Shown piece after piece: positions 10,485 to 21,798 of a stretch of DNA of 64,000 nt. Numbering within the stretch: position 1 is the stretch's first letter; the number at the start of each line of letters is the position of its first letter. The stretch comes from Nitrospinales bacterium (lineage in GTDB: Bacteria > Nitrospinota > Nitrospinia > Nitrospinales > VA-1), in assembly GCA_965262115.1 (NCBI GenBank), contig OZ253496.1, positions 2,048,001 to 2,112,000 on the forward strand, in the 5' to 3' direction. The position numbers and the translations under genes were made by a program. Below the pieces are notes generated by a model that was not told the DNA's origin, did no database searches, and worked only from the letters and a program-made list of their open reading frames with translations.

Positions 10485-10669
10485 CGCAGGGCCAGTGAGC
10501 AATAGCTTTAATTTGCCAGCAAAAGGTATAGGCGGCTTGATGAGCCTTTGCCCAATTGCCTCCCCTGCTAAAGGACGCGCAGGGCCAGTTTGCAACAACC
10601 CGTTGGGCCGCGAACGCCATTGCCAGCGGTCAAAAGATATTGCAAGTTACCAGTGGAGGTGCTCCACGA
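10481..10669 (+). repeat. Modular intergenic repeat copy
   Basis: Begins at the CTAG containing the thyX stop; ends AAGATATTGCAAGTTACCAGTGGAGGTGCTCCAC. Confidence 0.75.
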
Positions 10670-10756
10670 GATTTTTAGAAAAATTTATCATTTTATGGTA
10701 GGCTTAGGCCCTTTATTATTCCCCTCCCAACCATTCTTGAATGAGAGATCAAAGCG

Positions 10757-12298
10757 ATGAAAATTGGTGTTCCCAAAGAAGTTCATGTTGGCGAAAAACG
10801 GGTGGCCACCACCCCGGAGGTCGCAAAACAACTTATCAAACTGGGTTTTGAAGTCGCGATTGAGGCAGGTGCCGGTTCGGCCGCCCATTATTCAGATGCT
10901 TCTTACGTCGAAGCGGACGTAACGGTTGTTAAAAATTCCCAGGAGATTTGGACCGAAAGCGACATTATTTTAAAAGTCCGTGCACCGGAGCAGAATAAAG
11001 GCGAAATCGATTTACTGCATGAAAAGCAGATATTGATCACTTTTCTTTGGCCGGCGCAGAATCCGGAATTGCTCCAGAAGCTGGCAGAGAAAAAAGTGAC
11101 GGCTTTGGCGATGGATAGCATCCCGCGCATATCCCGTGCACAAAAAATGGACGCGCTCAGCTCGATGGCGAACATTGCCGGATACCGTGCGATTGTTGAA
11201 GCTGCCCAGCATTTTGGCAGGTTCTTCACCGGGCAGATCACGGCGGCGGGTAAGATTCCTCCTGCTAAAGTCATGGTGATCGGCGCAGGGGTTGCTGGAC
11301 TCTCTGCCATTGGTGCTGCGAAAAGTATGGGTGCCATTGTGAGAGCTTTTGATACCCGACCGGAAGTGAAAGAACAGGTCGAGAGTATGGATGCGGAGTT
11401 CCTGGAACTCGATTTTGAGGAAGAGGGTTCGGGCACCGGCGGTTACGCAAAAGTGATGAGCAAGGAATTTATTGAAGCGGAAATGGCTCTGTTCGCGGAA
11501 CAGGCGAAGGAAGTGGATATTATTATCACCACCGCGCTGATTCCCGGAAAACCAGCACCGGAACTGATTAAAGAAGAAATGGTCGCTTCCATGAAAGACG
11601 GGAGCGTGATTGTAGACCTCGCGGCGGAACAAGGAGGTAACTGCAAGTTAAGCCAGGCGAACGAGGTGGTTCAAGCCTATGGCGTTTCGATCATCGGTTA
11701 CACCGATTTGCCCAGTCGTTTGGCAGGACAGTCCAGCCAGTTATATGCCACGAATTTGCGCCATCTGCTTACGGACATGTGTCCGGATAAAGATGGCAAC
11801 GTGATAGTCGATTTTGATGATGAAGTGGTTCGCGGAGCCACAGTTGTTAAGGATGGAGAGATTACCTGGCCGCCACCTGCACCAAAACTTTCGGCGGCAC
11901 CCCCAAAGGCAGCTGAAAAACCTGCGGAGCCTGTGGAAATCAAGGAAGAGAAACCCTCGGTGGCGGGCCCATTTATCACCTTTGGCGTGGGGGCTCTGGC
12001 CTTGCTTGGCTTGGGTTCCGTCGCACCCGCTTCCTTCATGGCCCACTTTACGGTTTTTGTCCTGGCCTGCTTTGTTGGTTACATGGTCATCTGGAATGTC
12101 AAGGCTGCTTTGCATACGCCGCTCATGAGCGTGACCAATGCTATCAGCAGTATCATTATTATTGGCGCTCTTTTGCAGATCAGTTCGGAAGAAAAGGCGA
12201 TCGTGTGGGTGGCCGGGTTTGCGGTGCTGATTACATCCATTAATATTGCAGGCGGATTCGGGGTAACACGCCGCATGCTCGAAATGTTTCGTAGATAG
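10757..12298 (+). CDS. pntA: NAD(P) transhydrogenase subunit alpha
   Basis: [22 protein letters not shown] and [14 protein letters not shown]. Confidence 0.97.
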   Translation: MKIGVPKEVHVGEKRVATTPEVAKQLIKLGFEVAIEAGAGSAAHYSDASYVEADVTVVKNSQEIWTESDIILKVRAPEQNKGEIDLLHEKQILITFLWPAQNPELLQKLAEKKVTALAMDSIPRISRAQKMDALSSMANIAGYRAIVEAAQHFGRFFTGQITAAGKIPPAKVMVIGAGVAGLSAIGAAKSMGAIVRAFDTRPEVKEQVESMDAEFLELDFEEEGSGTGGYAKVMSKEFIEAEMALFAEQAKEVDIIITTALIPGKPAPELIKEEMVASMKDGSVIVDLAAEQGGNCKLSQANEVVQAYGVSIIGYTDLPSRLAGQSSQLYATNLRHLLTDMCPDKDGNVIVDFDDEVVRGATVVKDGEITWPPPAPKLSAAPPKAAEKPAEPVEIKEEKPSVAGPFITFGVGALALLGLGSVAPASFMAHFTVFVLACFVGYMVIWNVKAALHTPLMSVTNAISSIIIIGALLQISSEEKAIVWVAGFAVLITSINIAGGFGVTRRMLEMFRR

Positions 12299-12309
12299 GA
12301 GGCGAGAAG

Positions 12310-13704
12310 ATGAGTGAAGGTATCGTAACCGCCTCTTATGTCGGGGCAACTATTTTATTTATTCTGGCGTTAGGCGGATTGAGCAATCAGGAAACCGCAA
12401 GGCGCGGTAACCTTTTTGGAATGATCGGCATGGCCGTGGCCCTGCTTGCCACGATGTTCGCCGTGACAGCGAACCTGGAAATTCTCATTGTCGGCATGCT
12501 AATCGGTGCGAGCATCGGCCTGGTTCTGGCCAAGCGGGTGCAGATGACGCAAATGCCCGAACTGGTTGCCATGTTGCACAGTTTCGTAGGGCTGGCGGCG
12601 GTTCTGGTTGGATTTGCTAATTTTATGGACCCGGGACGTTTGCAACATTACACCGGTGTTGAATTGACCATCCACGATGTGGAGACTTATCTGGGAATCC
12701 TCATTGGTGCCATCACCCTGTCAGGTTCTGTCATCGCGTTTGGAAAACTGAGCGGCAAGATCGGCGGTAATCCCATGTTAATTCCGGGTCGGCATTGGTT
12801 CAACCTGGGCCTGCTGCTTGGTTCCATCTATTTCTGTGTCGTATTTGTTGAGCAATCGGCCGCAGGGGGTGGACTCAATCCTCTGTTGATCATGACAGGA
12901 ATCGCGTTGTTGTTCGGGATTCATATGGTCATGGCTATCGGCGGTGCCGACATGCCGGTTGTGGTTTCCATGCTCAACAGTTATTCCGGCTGGGCTGCTG
13001 CTGCTACCGGTTTCATGCTCAATAACGACCTGCTCATTGTCACTGGCGCGCTGGTCGGCAGTAGTGGTGCTATCCTCAGTTACATCATGTGCCGGGCGAT
13101 GAACCGTAAGTTTCTGGCGGTTATTGCTGGCGGATTCGGCACGACAACAGGGAGGGGTTCCGCTTCAGCTGAAGAGCAGGGTGAAGTGGTCGCGTTGCAA
13201 GCTCCCGAAGTTGCCAACCTGTTGGCGGATTCTAAAGAAATCATGATCATTCCGGGTTATGGCATGGCGGTGGCGCAGGCACAACATATCGTCAATGAAA
13301 TCACCAAAACTCTCAGTTCCAAAAAAATAAATGTGCGTTTTGGCATTCATCCTGTTGCGGGGCGAATGCCGGGGCATATGAACGTCTTGCTGGCGGAAGC
13401 CAAGGTGCCTTACGACATCGTTTTTGAAATGGATGAAATTAATGACGACTTTCCCGACATTGATGTTTCCATCGTCATCGGCGCCAACGACATTGTCAAT
13501 CCTTCTGCGCAAACCGATCCGGACAGTCCGATTGCCGGTATGCCGGTTATGGAATGTTGGAAAAGTAAAACCACCATCGTGCTGAAACGGAGTATGGCGA
13601 CCGGTTATGCAGGGGTGCAGAACCCATTGTTCTTTAAAGAGAACACGCGCATGTTGTTTGGCGATGCCCGAACCAGTCTGGATGAGGTTTTCAAAAACCT
13701 TTAA
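12310..13704 (+). CDS. pntB: NAD(P) transhydrogenase subunit beta
   Basis: [18 protein letters not shown] and [17 protein letters not shown]. Confidence 0.97.
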   Translation: MSEGIVTASYVGATILFILALGGLSNQETARRGNLFGMIGMAVALLATMFAVTANLEILIVGMLIGASIGLVLAKRVQMTQMPELVAMLHSFVGLAAVLVGFANFMDPGRLQHYTGVELTIHDVETYLGILIGAITLSGSVIAFGKLSGKIGGNPMLIPGRHWFNLGLLLGSIYFCVVFVEQSAAGGGLNPLLIMTGIALLFGIHMVMAIGGADMPVVVSMLNSYSGWAAAATGFMLNNDLLIVTGALVGSSGAILSYIMCRAMNRKFLAVIAGGFGTTTGRGSASAEEQGEVVALQAPEVANLLADSKEIMIIPGYGMAVAQAQHIVNEITKTLSSKKINVRFGIHPVAGRMPGHMNVLLAEAKVPYDIVFEMDEINDDFPDIDVSIVIGANDIVNPSAQTDPDSPIAGMPVMECWKSKTTIVLKRSMATGYAGVQNPLFFKENTRMLFGDARTSLDEVFKNL

Positions 13705-13858
13705 AGGGTGGGTGCCAAAAGAAATGTCCGCTGGAGCCAGAATATTTTCCCGGACGGAAACCTCCGGGAATAGTTTTGGGCTCTATAGATTTTCCCTTCT
13801 GTTTTATTAGCGATCAGCAAATCACCCTCCCGGTTCCAATCTATGCCATAAGGATTGT

Positions 13859-14176
13859 ATGCCCAAAGCGCACAGTAAAAATGAAATTTATATGGGTATG
13901 GTGTTGATGGGCGCCACCGGACTGGCTATGGGCTGGGTGATACACAGCCCGCTTCTAATGACTATTTCAGGACTCTTGGGATTGGTGGTTGGTGGATTTA
14001 TAGGTTGGCTGGGCGGTCGGCGTTATATGTTCATCATCTGTCTGGGAATTTTGATCGGTGCTTTTTTTGGCTATCGCACCGGCGATCAGGATATTCTCAT
14101 CATTGCCGCAGGAAGCGGCGGCGCCATCGCCGGGTTCATGGGAGCGCAAATAGAACAGTTTTTCAACCGCCACTAG
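13859..14176 (+). CDS. Hypothetical Gly-rich small membrane protein
   Basis: Four short hydrophobic segments with GxxxG motifs; AGGA RBS. Confidence 0.7.
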   Translation: MPKAHSKNEIYMGMVLMGATGLAMGWVIHSPLLMTISGLLGLVVGGFIGWLGGRRYMFIICLGILIGAFFGYRTGDQDILIIAAGSGGAIAGFMGAQIEQFFNRH

Positions 14177-14343
14177 GCGCCAGCGTGGCGCTGGACTCAT
14201 TGGGAAATAACTCTTTGTGGCACGATTCCCACCGGGCGTGGCCCGGCGGTTAGCGGAACACGGGGTTCCGCTTTCACAAGACCAATACAATCAATGCGTT
14301 ACCAAAGGTCAAGCAGAAAGGCGAGAAAAAACAGGGCGTTACA

Positions 14344-15414
14344 TTAGGAGGAATAAAATGAGGAGGCTTTATATTGCACAATACCCCGCGACATGAGGAC
14401 ATTGAGGACAGCGACTCCGGGAACACCCAGTATCATGCCCGCAAGTCCAAACAGTTCTCCGCCTAGCAAAACGGCCAGGATCACGGCTACCGGGTGGAGC
14501 CCGATGTTATCACCCACCACGCGGGGTGTGATGACCATGCCTTCCAGAGCTTGGACCACGCCGAAGACACCGGCGACAGCCAGCACCGGCACCCACTCCT
14601 GAGTATGCATAAAAGTCAAAAGCGCAGAGGGCACAAAACCCAAAACCAGTCCCAGATAAGGAACCAGGTTGACCAGCCCCGCCATCATTCCCAGCGACAG
14701 GCTCATCGGGGTGTCGCACAAAAACAGACCGATCGAATACATTGTTCCCATCAAACCAGCGACTACTAACTGCCCACGCACAAAACGCGAGAGCACCTGG
14801 TCAATTTCCAGAACAATGTCTTTGGTTTTTTCCTGAAACCGGGGCGGCACCAGTTTTAATAATTTTTCATTGATCGAGTCAAAATCACGCAGCAAATAAA
14901 ACATCACCACAGGAATGATCACCAGATTGGCAAACATCAGAATAATATTGAACAGGTTTGAAATCGACCCCCAGATAAATTTACCGGAAAACTGCAGGAT
15001 CTTCATTGGCAGTTCCCCAAAACGCGACAGCCCTTCATTGACAAACTCTTCAACCTTTGCAGGATCTAATCCGCTGATCATATCCAGGATTGGACGAAAC
15101 CATTTCTGGAAGATTCCAATATAGGTGGGTATATTTTTTGCGAGACTTTCCGCCTGCATGCTAAAAATCGGTACCAGTAAAAGTCCAGCACCCACCGCCA
15201 GAAAGAAAAAAGCCAGCATCAAGACCAAAACGGAAAGGGTTCTTGAAAGCTTAAAAGAAACCAACCGATCTACCAGGGGGTCCAGCAGGTAAGCCAGCGC
15301 AAACGCGATAAAAAAGGGAGCCACGACGCGGCGAGAAAAATAAAGCGCAACGCAGATTCCCAGAGTCACTGCAAAAGAAATAAATAACAGGTTTTTATTT
15401 TTTTCCTGATTCAT
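14344..15414 (-). CDS. AI-2E family transporter
   Basis: PFFIAFALAYLLDP, VPYLG and GLHPVAV motifs. Confidence 0.92.
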   Translation of the reverse strand: MNQEKNKNLLFISFAVTLGICVALYFSRRVVAPFFIAFALAYLLDPLVDRLVSFKLSRTLSVLVLMLAFFFLAVGAGLLLVPIFSMQAESLAKNIPTYIGIFQKWFRPILDMISGLDPAKVEEFVNEGLSRFGELPMKILQFSGKFIWGSISNLFNIILMFANLVIIPVVMFYLLRDFDSINEKLLKLVPPRFQEKTKDIVLEIDQVLSRFVRGQLVVAGLMGTMYSIGLFLCDTPMSLSLGMMAGLVNLVPYLGLVLGFVPSALLTFMHTQEWVPVLAVAGVFGVVQALEGMVITPRVVGDNIGLHPVAVILAVLLGGELFGLAGMILGVPGVAVLNVLMSRGIVQYKASSFYSS

Positions 15415-15557
15415 TTTTACAGGGCCTCTATTTATTCGGTAATTTTTCCTTGGGCAACTCGCAGGCCCTTATTTCATAAGGGCCGATCATGGCTGTTATA
15501 TTCTTCATCAGCTTTCATGCCCCATAGGGGTACAAAAACAATTTTTAAAGATACCCT

Positions 15558-16532
15558 TTACATGTCCGACATAGATAACGGCGGAGCTTCAGGAACCTTC
15601 TTCACCGGCGCCTCCGCTCCTTTTTCCCGATAACGGTGGAATGAAGGGACAAGAAAATCTGCAAGCTTTTTACTGGCAATGTTAAAAGCTTCCAGTTCCG
15701 CCTGCAAAGCCTGCGCATGCTTGATCGTGGAAAACTCTGCCTTGGCCGCGATCAACGATGACTCCAAAGTCGACACCATTTTGATGCTGATATTGGCTTG
15801 AACCGTTTTGGTGTTCTCTTTCGCATTTTTTCCGCGCAGGCGGGACACAGCCGTACCCACGATAACGATATCAGCGTCCGCTTTCAACCCAATACTCTTT
15901 GCAGATTTAAGATCGCCCTTGATGGCTTTGAGGACGGTTGTTTCAGAAATTATTTCGCGCAGTTGTTCTCGGCCTATCACTTCTATTCCTTCCTCCATCA
16001 GGTTTTTGGTCAACTGGGTTTCTGAAATTGGAAAGATGTCCCAAAAAGAATTGACCGGAGCAGAAGTAAAACTTTTCTCTTTTATCAGCACAGCCACTTT
16101 ATTTTCACTGATCGGACCGGCAATCACCCCCAACCCTGCCAAGGCCTGGCTCACCGCAGAGGAAAAAAAACGCATTTCCAATCTCACCTCACTGGTTTGA
16201 TTGACCATGTCATCATAGGCTTCTACAAAGCGATAGCTTTTTACATAACGAGAAGAACGCCGCATAATTTTCCGGAGGTCTCTCTGGCTGGCTTCAAACT
16301 CCTCATCCCCCATCATTTCTTTCAACGCTTCTTCCAGGCCATTCTTCAGAGCCAGGTTCACGGCTTTTTCCCGGGCGACCACATAGTTTTCCCCTTTTGC
16401 TTGAACGGTTGCGGAACCCTCGTAAACATCGCCCATCTTTTGTTGCGCAAACACTTCGGCATTAAAAAATCCGCCAACAGTAAAGAGCCAGAAACCCAGC
16501 AGAAGAGACGGAACCCATCTCGTCATGTTCAT
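15558..16532 (-). CDS. Exported hypothetical protein (FlgT N-terminal-like region)
   Basis: Signal peptide; G.A....AREKAV..AL pattern; 4-bp overlap with rluB. Confidence 0.6.
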   Translation of the reverse strand: MNMTRWVPSLLLGFWLFTVGGFFNAEVFAQQKMGDVYEGSATVQAKGENYVVAREKAVNLALKNGLEEALKEMMGDEEFEASQRDLRKIMRRSSRYVKSYRFVEAYDDMVNQTSEVRLEMRFFSSAVSQALAGLGVIAGPISENKVAVLIKEKSFTSAPVNSFWDIFPISETQLTKNLMEEGIEVIGREQLREIISETTVLKAIKGDLKSAKSIGLKADADIVIVGTAVSRLRGKNAKENTKTVQANISIKMVSTLESSLIAAKAEFSTIKHAQALQAELEAFNIASKKLADFLVPSFHRYREKGAEAPVKKVPEAPPLSMSDM

Positions 16533-17293
16533 GCCCTCTTCTTTCGTCGCGCCTTAACGGGTTCAGGCTCATTCATGACAAGTTTTTTCAACGATTTAAT
16601 TTCTTTGGAACTGAGAAATCGGCAGGCCCCCAGGGGAAGACCTGTCAGGTTTAATCCTGCAAAGTGGGTGCGCTGGAGTTTGATCACCGGGTGGCCGATA
16701 TGCTCACACACTTTTTTGATATGATGGTTTTTGCCTTCCACCAGCGTTAAAATGAGGAAGCAGTTTTTGCCGCTGACCCTTCCCACCTTTGCCTCCATAG
16801 GCTTGAACTTGCTGTCTTCAAGATGCACCCCCCGGGCCAGCCTTTTTAAGGTTTTTTCATTCGGCACTCCCGACACCTTGACCTTATAGGTGCGGGGCAC
16901 CGCATACTTGGGGTCCAGCAGTTTCTTTGCAAGCAGGCCATCATTGGTGAACAGCAATGCGCCCTGGGTATTGTAATCCAGACGGCCGACGGGAAAAACC
17001 CGGGCCTCCACCACCCGAACATATTCCATAACAGTGGTTCGCCCCCGCTTGTCATCATTCATCGTGGTCAGGCAACCCGTAGGCTTGTTCAAAATAACGT
17101 AGGCCGATTCCTGGCGGCGGGGAATCAGTTTTCCCTGCACCCTGATAGGGTCCTTGACCGGATCGGCCAGAGACCCCAACTTAATCACAACCTGATCGTT
17201 CACACGAACCTTACCCTGCTCAATCCATCTTTCCGCTTCACGGCGAGAAGCAAGCCCGGCATCGGCAATTATTTTTTGCAAACGAATTTTCAT
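16529..17293 (-). CDS. rluB: rRNA pseudouridine synthase (RluB/RsuA family)
   Basis: S4 domain RLQK..ADAGLASRR; PVGRLDY catalytic motif; lies downstream of scpB. Confidence 0.9.
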   Translation of the reverse strand: MKIRLQKIIADAGLASRREAERWIEQGKVRVNDQVVIKLGSLADPVKDPIRVQGKLIPRRQESAYVILNKPTGCLTTMNDDKRGRTTVMEYVRVVEARVFPVGRLDYNTQGALLFTNDGLLAKKLLDPKYAVPRTYKVKVSGVPNEKTLKRLARGVHLEDSKFKPMEAKVGRVSGKNCFLILTLVEGKNHHIKKVCEHIGHPVIKLQRTHFAGLNLTGLPLGACRFLSSKEIKSLKKLVMNEPEPVKARRKKRA

Positions 17294-17317
17294 GATACAG
17301 GGAAAAAATTAAAGAGA

Positions 17318-17405
17318 GGGCGGAGAACCTCCGCTGGTAACTGGCAATATCTTTATCTTGCGCGCAAACGCTTTCTCGGCATAACTTGCCTCCCTCGCTA
17401 GAGGG
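17318..17405 (-). repeat. Modular intergenic repeat copy
   Basis: GGGCGGAGAACCTCCGCTGGTAAC...TTGCCTCCCTCGCTAGAGGG; the scpB stop is in the terminal hairpin loop. Confidence 0.75.
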
Positions 17406-18018
17406 CACCGTCTTCAATGTCAGACTCGGCCTCGCTGGTCGAGGCCTCGGAAGCCGAGAATTCGATTTGAGTTTGAAGTGGAGGATCTTCCCCTTCCAGC
17501 TCTTCCCTCAAATCTTCCAGCGTGGGTAAATCGCTCAAATCCTTCAGGCCAAAATACTCGAGGAATTTTTGTGTCGTCCGATACATGATGGGTCGGCCCG
17601 GAACTTTTTTCCTGCCAGCTGGGCTAATCACTTTTTTCTCTAAAAGGGTCTTGAGCACACCGCTTGAGTCCACCCCGCGGATTTCATCCACCTCCTGACG
17701 GGTGAGCGGTTGCTTGTAGGCAATGATCGACAGGGTATCCAGACTGGGTTGAGACAACCGGGTAGAGCGATCAAGTTTCAGGAACTTCCTGATAAAATCG
17801 TTGTATTCATGCCGGGTGCAAAGCTGATAACCATCCGCCACTTCGGTGATCTGCAAGTTGCGCGAGTTATACTCTTCCCTCAATTCGTCAAGAATGGATT
17901 GCAGTTGACCTTTATCGGTTCCATCCAGGAAAATTTTGCAAAGTTCACTGGCATTGATCGGCTGGTCTGCCGCCAAAAGAATATTCTCAACAATCGATTT
18001 TAATTCTTCATGTTCCAT
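17398..18018 (-). CDS. scpB: SMC-Scp complex subunit ScpB
   Basis: TLSIIAYKQP.TR.E...IRGV, GRP.MY.TT..FL.YFGL and LP.L. Confidence 0.95.
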   Translation of the reverse strand: MEHEELKSIVENILLAADQPINASELCKIFLDGTDKGQLQSILDELREEYNSRNLQITEVADGYQLCTRHEYNDFIRKFLKLDRSTRLSQPSLDTLSIIAYKQPLTRQEVDEIRGVDSSGVLKTLLEKKVISPAGRKKVPGRPIMYRTTQKFLEYFGLKDLSDLPTLEDLREELEGEDPPLQTQIEFSASEASTSEAESDIEDGAL

Positions 18019-18073
18019 ATTTATTCCAGAGTTACCAAAGCCATCCACTCTAGCAGGCTACTGCCTCCATGAT

Positions 18074-18260
18074 CGTCACCCTAAGTTTATCGAAGGGTGC
18101 GTGAACAACAGGCGAGATGCTTCGACATACCCCTTTGGGGCAAGAAGGCAAAGGTTAATTCCCACTAGCTCAGCATGACATCCATGAAAATTCCCATTCA
18201 GCAGAGACAACTCTTTGCTCGCCAAATAAAGCGAAGGCACACTGGCCCCACGCCTAGTGG
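18074..18260. repeat. REP doublet (one arm with a 39-bp insert) plus inverted modular repeat
   Basis: CGTCACCCTAAGTTTATCGAAGGGTG...GAGATGCTTCGACA[39 bp]AGCTCAGCATGACA, then ...CTGGCCCCACGCCTAGTGG containing the dcd stop. Confidence 0.7.
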
Positions 18261-19435
18261 TCGGGGTAGAAGTATTTGCTCAACGCCAAGCCTTGCGAGT
18301 GGTAATTCGAGTTCAAGGACCGACCATACAACTTTTCGGGTCGTTCCACCACTTTTTCAAACTTCAGACGGCAGAAGGTCTGACCATCCTCTACCATAAA
18401 AGGTACGTCATGGGGGCGCACTTCCATCACCGCCCGGGTACCCTGATTCATGAGCTCATCCGTTCCGTTCCAACCAAACCCGGAGTCGAAAAAACCTGCG
18501 TAATGAGTGCGAAGTTCTCCACTGTTGGGTTCATAAGCAATCATTTCCGCCAGCCAGTCGGGCCAGATGCACACTCTTTCCTTCGACATCATTATATAGA
18601 AACTTTCCGGCTCCAGAATCAACCTATTCTTTTTGTTTTTGTAAATTGGCTCCCAGAAGTCATCCGCCCGATAGTGCCGGATTTTGGAAAGATCAATAAC
18701 CGTTGAATTGGTCTTGGCCTTGTAGGCGATGATCGATTCCGGCTGGTCCCCTGCAACATCCACGCTGACATAAACCCCTTCCTCTACCTTCACCTCATCG
18801 ACAGGAATGGAGAATCCGTTTCGATCAAATAAAATAGGATTTGTCTTATATTTGATCACCAACTTCTTTTTATCCAGACTCTGCGATATGACATGCGCGA
18901 TACGCAACTGGTTGAGCGACAACCCGGTGTGTATCTTCACCGGAAAAGAGCGGGGAAGGATTTCCAGATACAGCCTTCCCCGGTAACCGCGCGGGATCTC
19001 ATCAAACCGATGCCCCTTATCCACAATGACACGGGTGAACATATCCAGCCTGCCGGTCGAACTTTTTGGGTTGGCTAAACCATATAGGGAAGACGGTAGA
19101 GCCAGCTCTTCCATCAGAGGAATCAGATAAATGGCGTTTTTTTCCAATATCCCGCCATCGGTAATATCAAAATCGTAAAGCGTGACCTCCTTGAGCTTCG
19201 TTTCCACCTTTTCATTTTCCGGGAGGAAACTGCATTGGATTCGGTAGGCCTTGGGCCCAAGCCGCAAATCCAGGCTCACGGGCTGAATCTGCGAGGCTTC
19301 GACCGGCTCCTGGGAGCGGATTATTCCCTGACGGTACGCCTGCTCAATCAACTGGCAAGGGAGATATCCGGACTTCCTCTTCAAATAAGCCATCAGGTCC
19401 GCTTCCAATATTTTACCTTCTGTTGTGGAGTTCAT
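18254..19435 (-). CDS. dcd: 2'-deoxycytidine 5'-triphosphate deaminase (long two-domain type)
   Basis: QIQPVSLDLRLG, ANPKSSTGRLD, HYAGFFDSGFG and EVRPHDVPF. Confidence 0.92.
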   Translation of the reverse strand: MNSTTEGKILEADLMAYLKRKSGYLPCQLIEQAYRQGIIRSQEPVEASQIQPVSLDLRLGPKAYRIQCSFLPENEKVETKLKEVTLYDFDITDGGILEKNAIYLIPLMEELALPSSLYGLANPKSSTGRLDMFTRVIVDKGHRFDEIPRGYRGRLYLEILPRSFPVKIHTGLSLNQLRIAHVISQSLDKKKLVIKYKTNPILFDRNGFSIPVDEVKVEEGVYVSVDVAGDQPESIIAYKAKTNSTVIDLSKIRHYRADDFWEPIYKNKKNRLILEPESFYIMMSKERVCIWPDWLAEMIAYEPNSGELRTHYAGFFDSGFGWNGTDELMNQGTRAVMEVRPHDVPFMVEDGQTFCRLKFEKVVERPEKLYGRSLNSNYHSQGLALSKYFYPDH

Positions 19436-19689
19436 TAAAATCAAAGAGTTTATGATGCTGTTGGAAAACCTGCCCCAAAAACCATTTTCAGCAAAGAAAC
19501 TGCCCTTTGCCGCCTTTTCATTGGGTCCACCCGGTTGACAGGCAGTTTGAGGCTATGATTTAATCGTATTACTCAAAATAATTCAACCTGATTATTCTAA
19601 ATCAAAGGAATAAAAATCCTTTTCAGGCGATCTTTAAAAGATTGGTCTTTTAATAACAGTTTCATCCCAAGCAAGGTTCCAAAAAAACT

Positions 19690-21672
19690 ATGAGCTCCAA
19701 AAACAAAAAAATTGAGTCACCCGGCAGTCCCTTGAAACGCGCTTTTCTGACATTAATTTGGGTGGGCGTATTGGGCGTTGGGCTGTGGGCCTTGATGCAT
19801 TATTCAGCGCCTGAAAGCAATCTGGAACCTTATAATAAAATTCAGGAAGCCAAAACGGAACGTGAAAAAACGGAACGTGAAAAAGCGGAACGTGAGCAAG
19901 CGAAACCTGAAAATAAAGCAGCCGAATTCACCCTTCTTCCCAGCGATCTGGACACGGGGAACCTGATTAAAACCGCCACATCCCCCCTGCAGACTCCACA
20001 ATCGCAACTGCCCCGGGAGACCCTGGAACATATCCAAAAAGGCATGCTGTTGACCGAGGAAGGCAAGTTCAATGCGGGAGATATAGAATTCGAAAAAGCC
20101 GCCAAGATCAGCCCCAATTCACCGGAACTGTTTTCTATCTGGGGCGCGGCGCTTCGTATGGCGAAAAAGTTTGTAGGCGCCAACCGGCGTTTTGCCCGGG
20201 CTCATGAACTCTCGCCTAATGACGAAGAAATCACGTTTAACTGGGGCATGGCCGAACTGGAAGCCGATCATCCTGAAGAAGCCACTCGACTGTTTCAAAA
20301 AACCGTCAAGCTTTCTCCCAACAACTTTATGGCCTACAACATGCTGGGCAAATCCCTCGGCCGCCAGAAAATGTACGAAGAGGAGAGATCGGCCTACAAG
20401 AAGGCCATTTTTATCAACCCGGATTTTGCCCAGAGCCATTTCAACCTGGGTATTGTATTGGGCATCCAGAAAAAGTTTGAAACCGCCGCGCCGCATTTCC
20501 TCAAAGCCATTGAATTGGACAAGCAGTTCGAAAAACCCTTCGTCATCCAGATGCTAACCGCATTGGGACTCTATGACCCGGCGGCTGAAAAACCCATCAA
20601 GAAAGACACACCACCGGTTCAGCAGGCAAAATCCGACACTCCGCCAGCGGAAGTAAAAGTCGAACAAGTCAGCGACGATAAAAAGTCCGAAGGCTCCGAC
20701 CATAAAATGGAAGAAGGGTCCAAGAAAGTTAAAAACACCACTACGGTCAAAGGCAATATCCAGATCAACAGCAAAAAACCCGGACCCAACACGCTGGTAT
20801 TTCTGGAAACCAAAAGCAAACTGAGAGTTAGCAGCCAGAAACCTCAAAAGTTAACCATTCGCCAAAACGGGTTGCAGTTCAGTCCCCAGCATTCGGTGAT
20901 ACAGGTAGGTTCCACCGTCACCTTCTCCAATGAAGACCGCGAGGTGCACAATATTTTTTCCAAATCTCTGAGCAACCAGTTCAATCTCGGGGCTATGGCG
21001 TCGGGCTCTTTCAAAACCTTCGAGTTCACCCAGGCCGGACCCGTGGTGCTGAGATGCAATATGCATAAAGACATGATCGGAACCCTGTTCGTCGTGCCAA
21101 ATGGCTATTACACCAAACCTGATACCAACGGAGACTACCAGTTCGACAACATCAAAAGTGAAGGCTACATCATGCAGGTCTGGGACCCCATGCTGGCCCC
21201 GGATGAAGTGGAAGCCAACCTCCTGTCCGCTGACCTGACCGGTGTCGACCAAACTTTCGATTTCAATATCAAGTCCGCTTCGGTTGCAAATGAAATCCAC
21301 GACATGACAGACCCGACCGATTACAACGCGATTGTGGACAATATCGAAAAAGAAATGCTGCAAGCCATCGAAGACTGGAAAAACGGCAAAAAGTTTATCT
21401 CCCGCAAACGCATGCTGATGGCCATCACCAAACATTATGCTGGAGAAGGCCTGAAAGGCGCGATCGCTAAAAGCTTCAGCTCCAAACGCAGTATCCTGCT
21501 GGAACAGAAAATGGATAAGATCCGCAAAGAAATTTCCGGATACGGCAAGTCTGAGGATCCGGTCACTGAGACATCGCTTATCAGCCAGGCCAAGTTCGCC
21601 GTTTCACAACTGCGCCTGAACGTCAAAGAACTCGCCGCTCGCCTTCAGCCCACTCCCGTGGGCGGGGAATAG
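19690..21672 (+). CDS. Membrane-anchored TPR protein fused to a cupredoxin-like domain and a C-terminal helical domain
   Basis: N-terminal TM; about five TPR repeats; F.N.D..HNIFS and CNMHKDM motifs. Confidence 0.8.
   Translation: MSSKNKKIESPGSPLKRAFLTLIWVGVLGVGLWALMHYSAPESNLEPYNKIQEAKTEREKTEREKAEREQAKPENKAAEFTLLPSDLDTGNLIKTATSPLQTPQSQLPRETLEHIQKGMLLTEEGKFNAGDIEFEKAAKISPNSPELFSIWGAALRMAKKFVGANRRFARAHELSPNDEEITFNWGMAELEADHPEEATRLFQKTVKLSPNNFMAYNMLGKSLGRQKMYEEERSAYKKAIFINPDFAQSHFNLGIVLGIQKKFETAAPHFLKAIELDKQFEKPFVIQMLTALGLYDPAAEKPIKKDTPPVQQAKSDTPPAEVKVEQVSDDKKSEGSDHKMEEGSKKVKNTTTVKGNIQINSKKPGPNTLVFLETKSKLRVSSQKPQKLTIRQNGLQFSPQHSVIQVGSTVTFSNEDREVHNIFSKSLSNQFNLGAMASGSFKTFEFTQAGPVVLRCNMHKDMIGTLFVVPNGYYTKPDTNGDYQFDNIKSEGYIMQVWDPMLAPDEVEANLLSADLTGVDQTFDFNIKSASVANEIHDMTDPTDYNAIVDNIEKEMLQAIEDWKNGKKFISRKRMLMAITKHYAGEGLKGAIAKSFSSKRSILLEQKMDKIRKEISGYGKSEDPVTETSLISQAKFAVSQLRLNVKELAARLQPTPVGGE
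19852..19896 (+). repeat. 15-bp in-frame tandem repeat x3 (KTERE/KTERE/KAERE)
   Basis: AAAACGGAACGTGAA repeated three times. Confidence 0.85.
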
Positions 21673-21730
21673 GCTCCACGCCTTCGGCGTGTCGCATTGG
21701 CATAACATTGCCGTTGATGCTCGTTCTATA

Positions 21731-21763
21731 ATATTCCCCCTGATAAGGGGGATTAAGGGGGTT
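21731..21763 (+). repeat. Left inverted repeat of the GIY-YIG cassette
   Basis: ATATTCCCCCTGATAAGGGGGATTAAGGGGGTT; inverted copy at 22462-22522. Confidence 0.8.
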
Positions 21764-21798
21764 CTTGAATTCAGCTTAACAAAATAGGGAGTACGACT

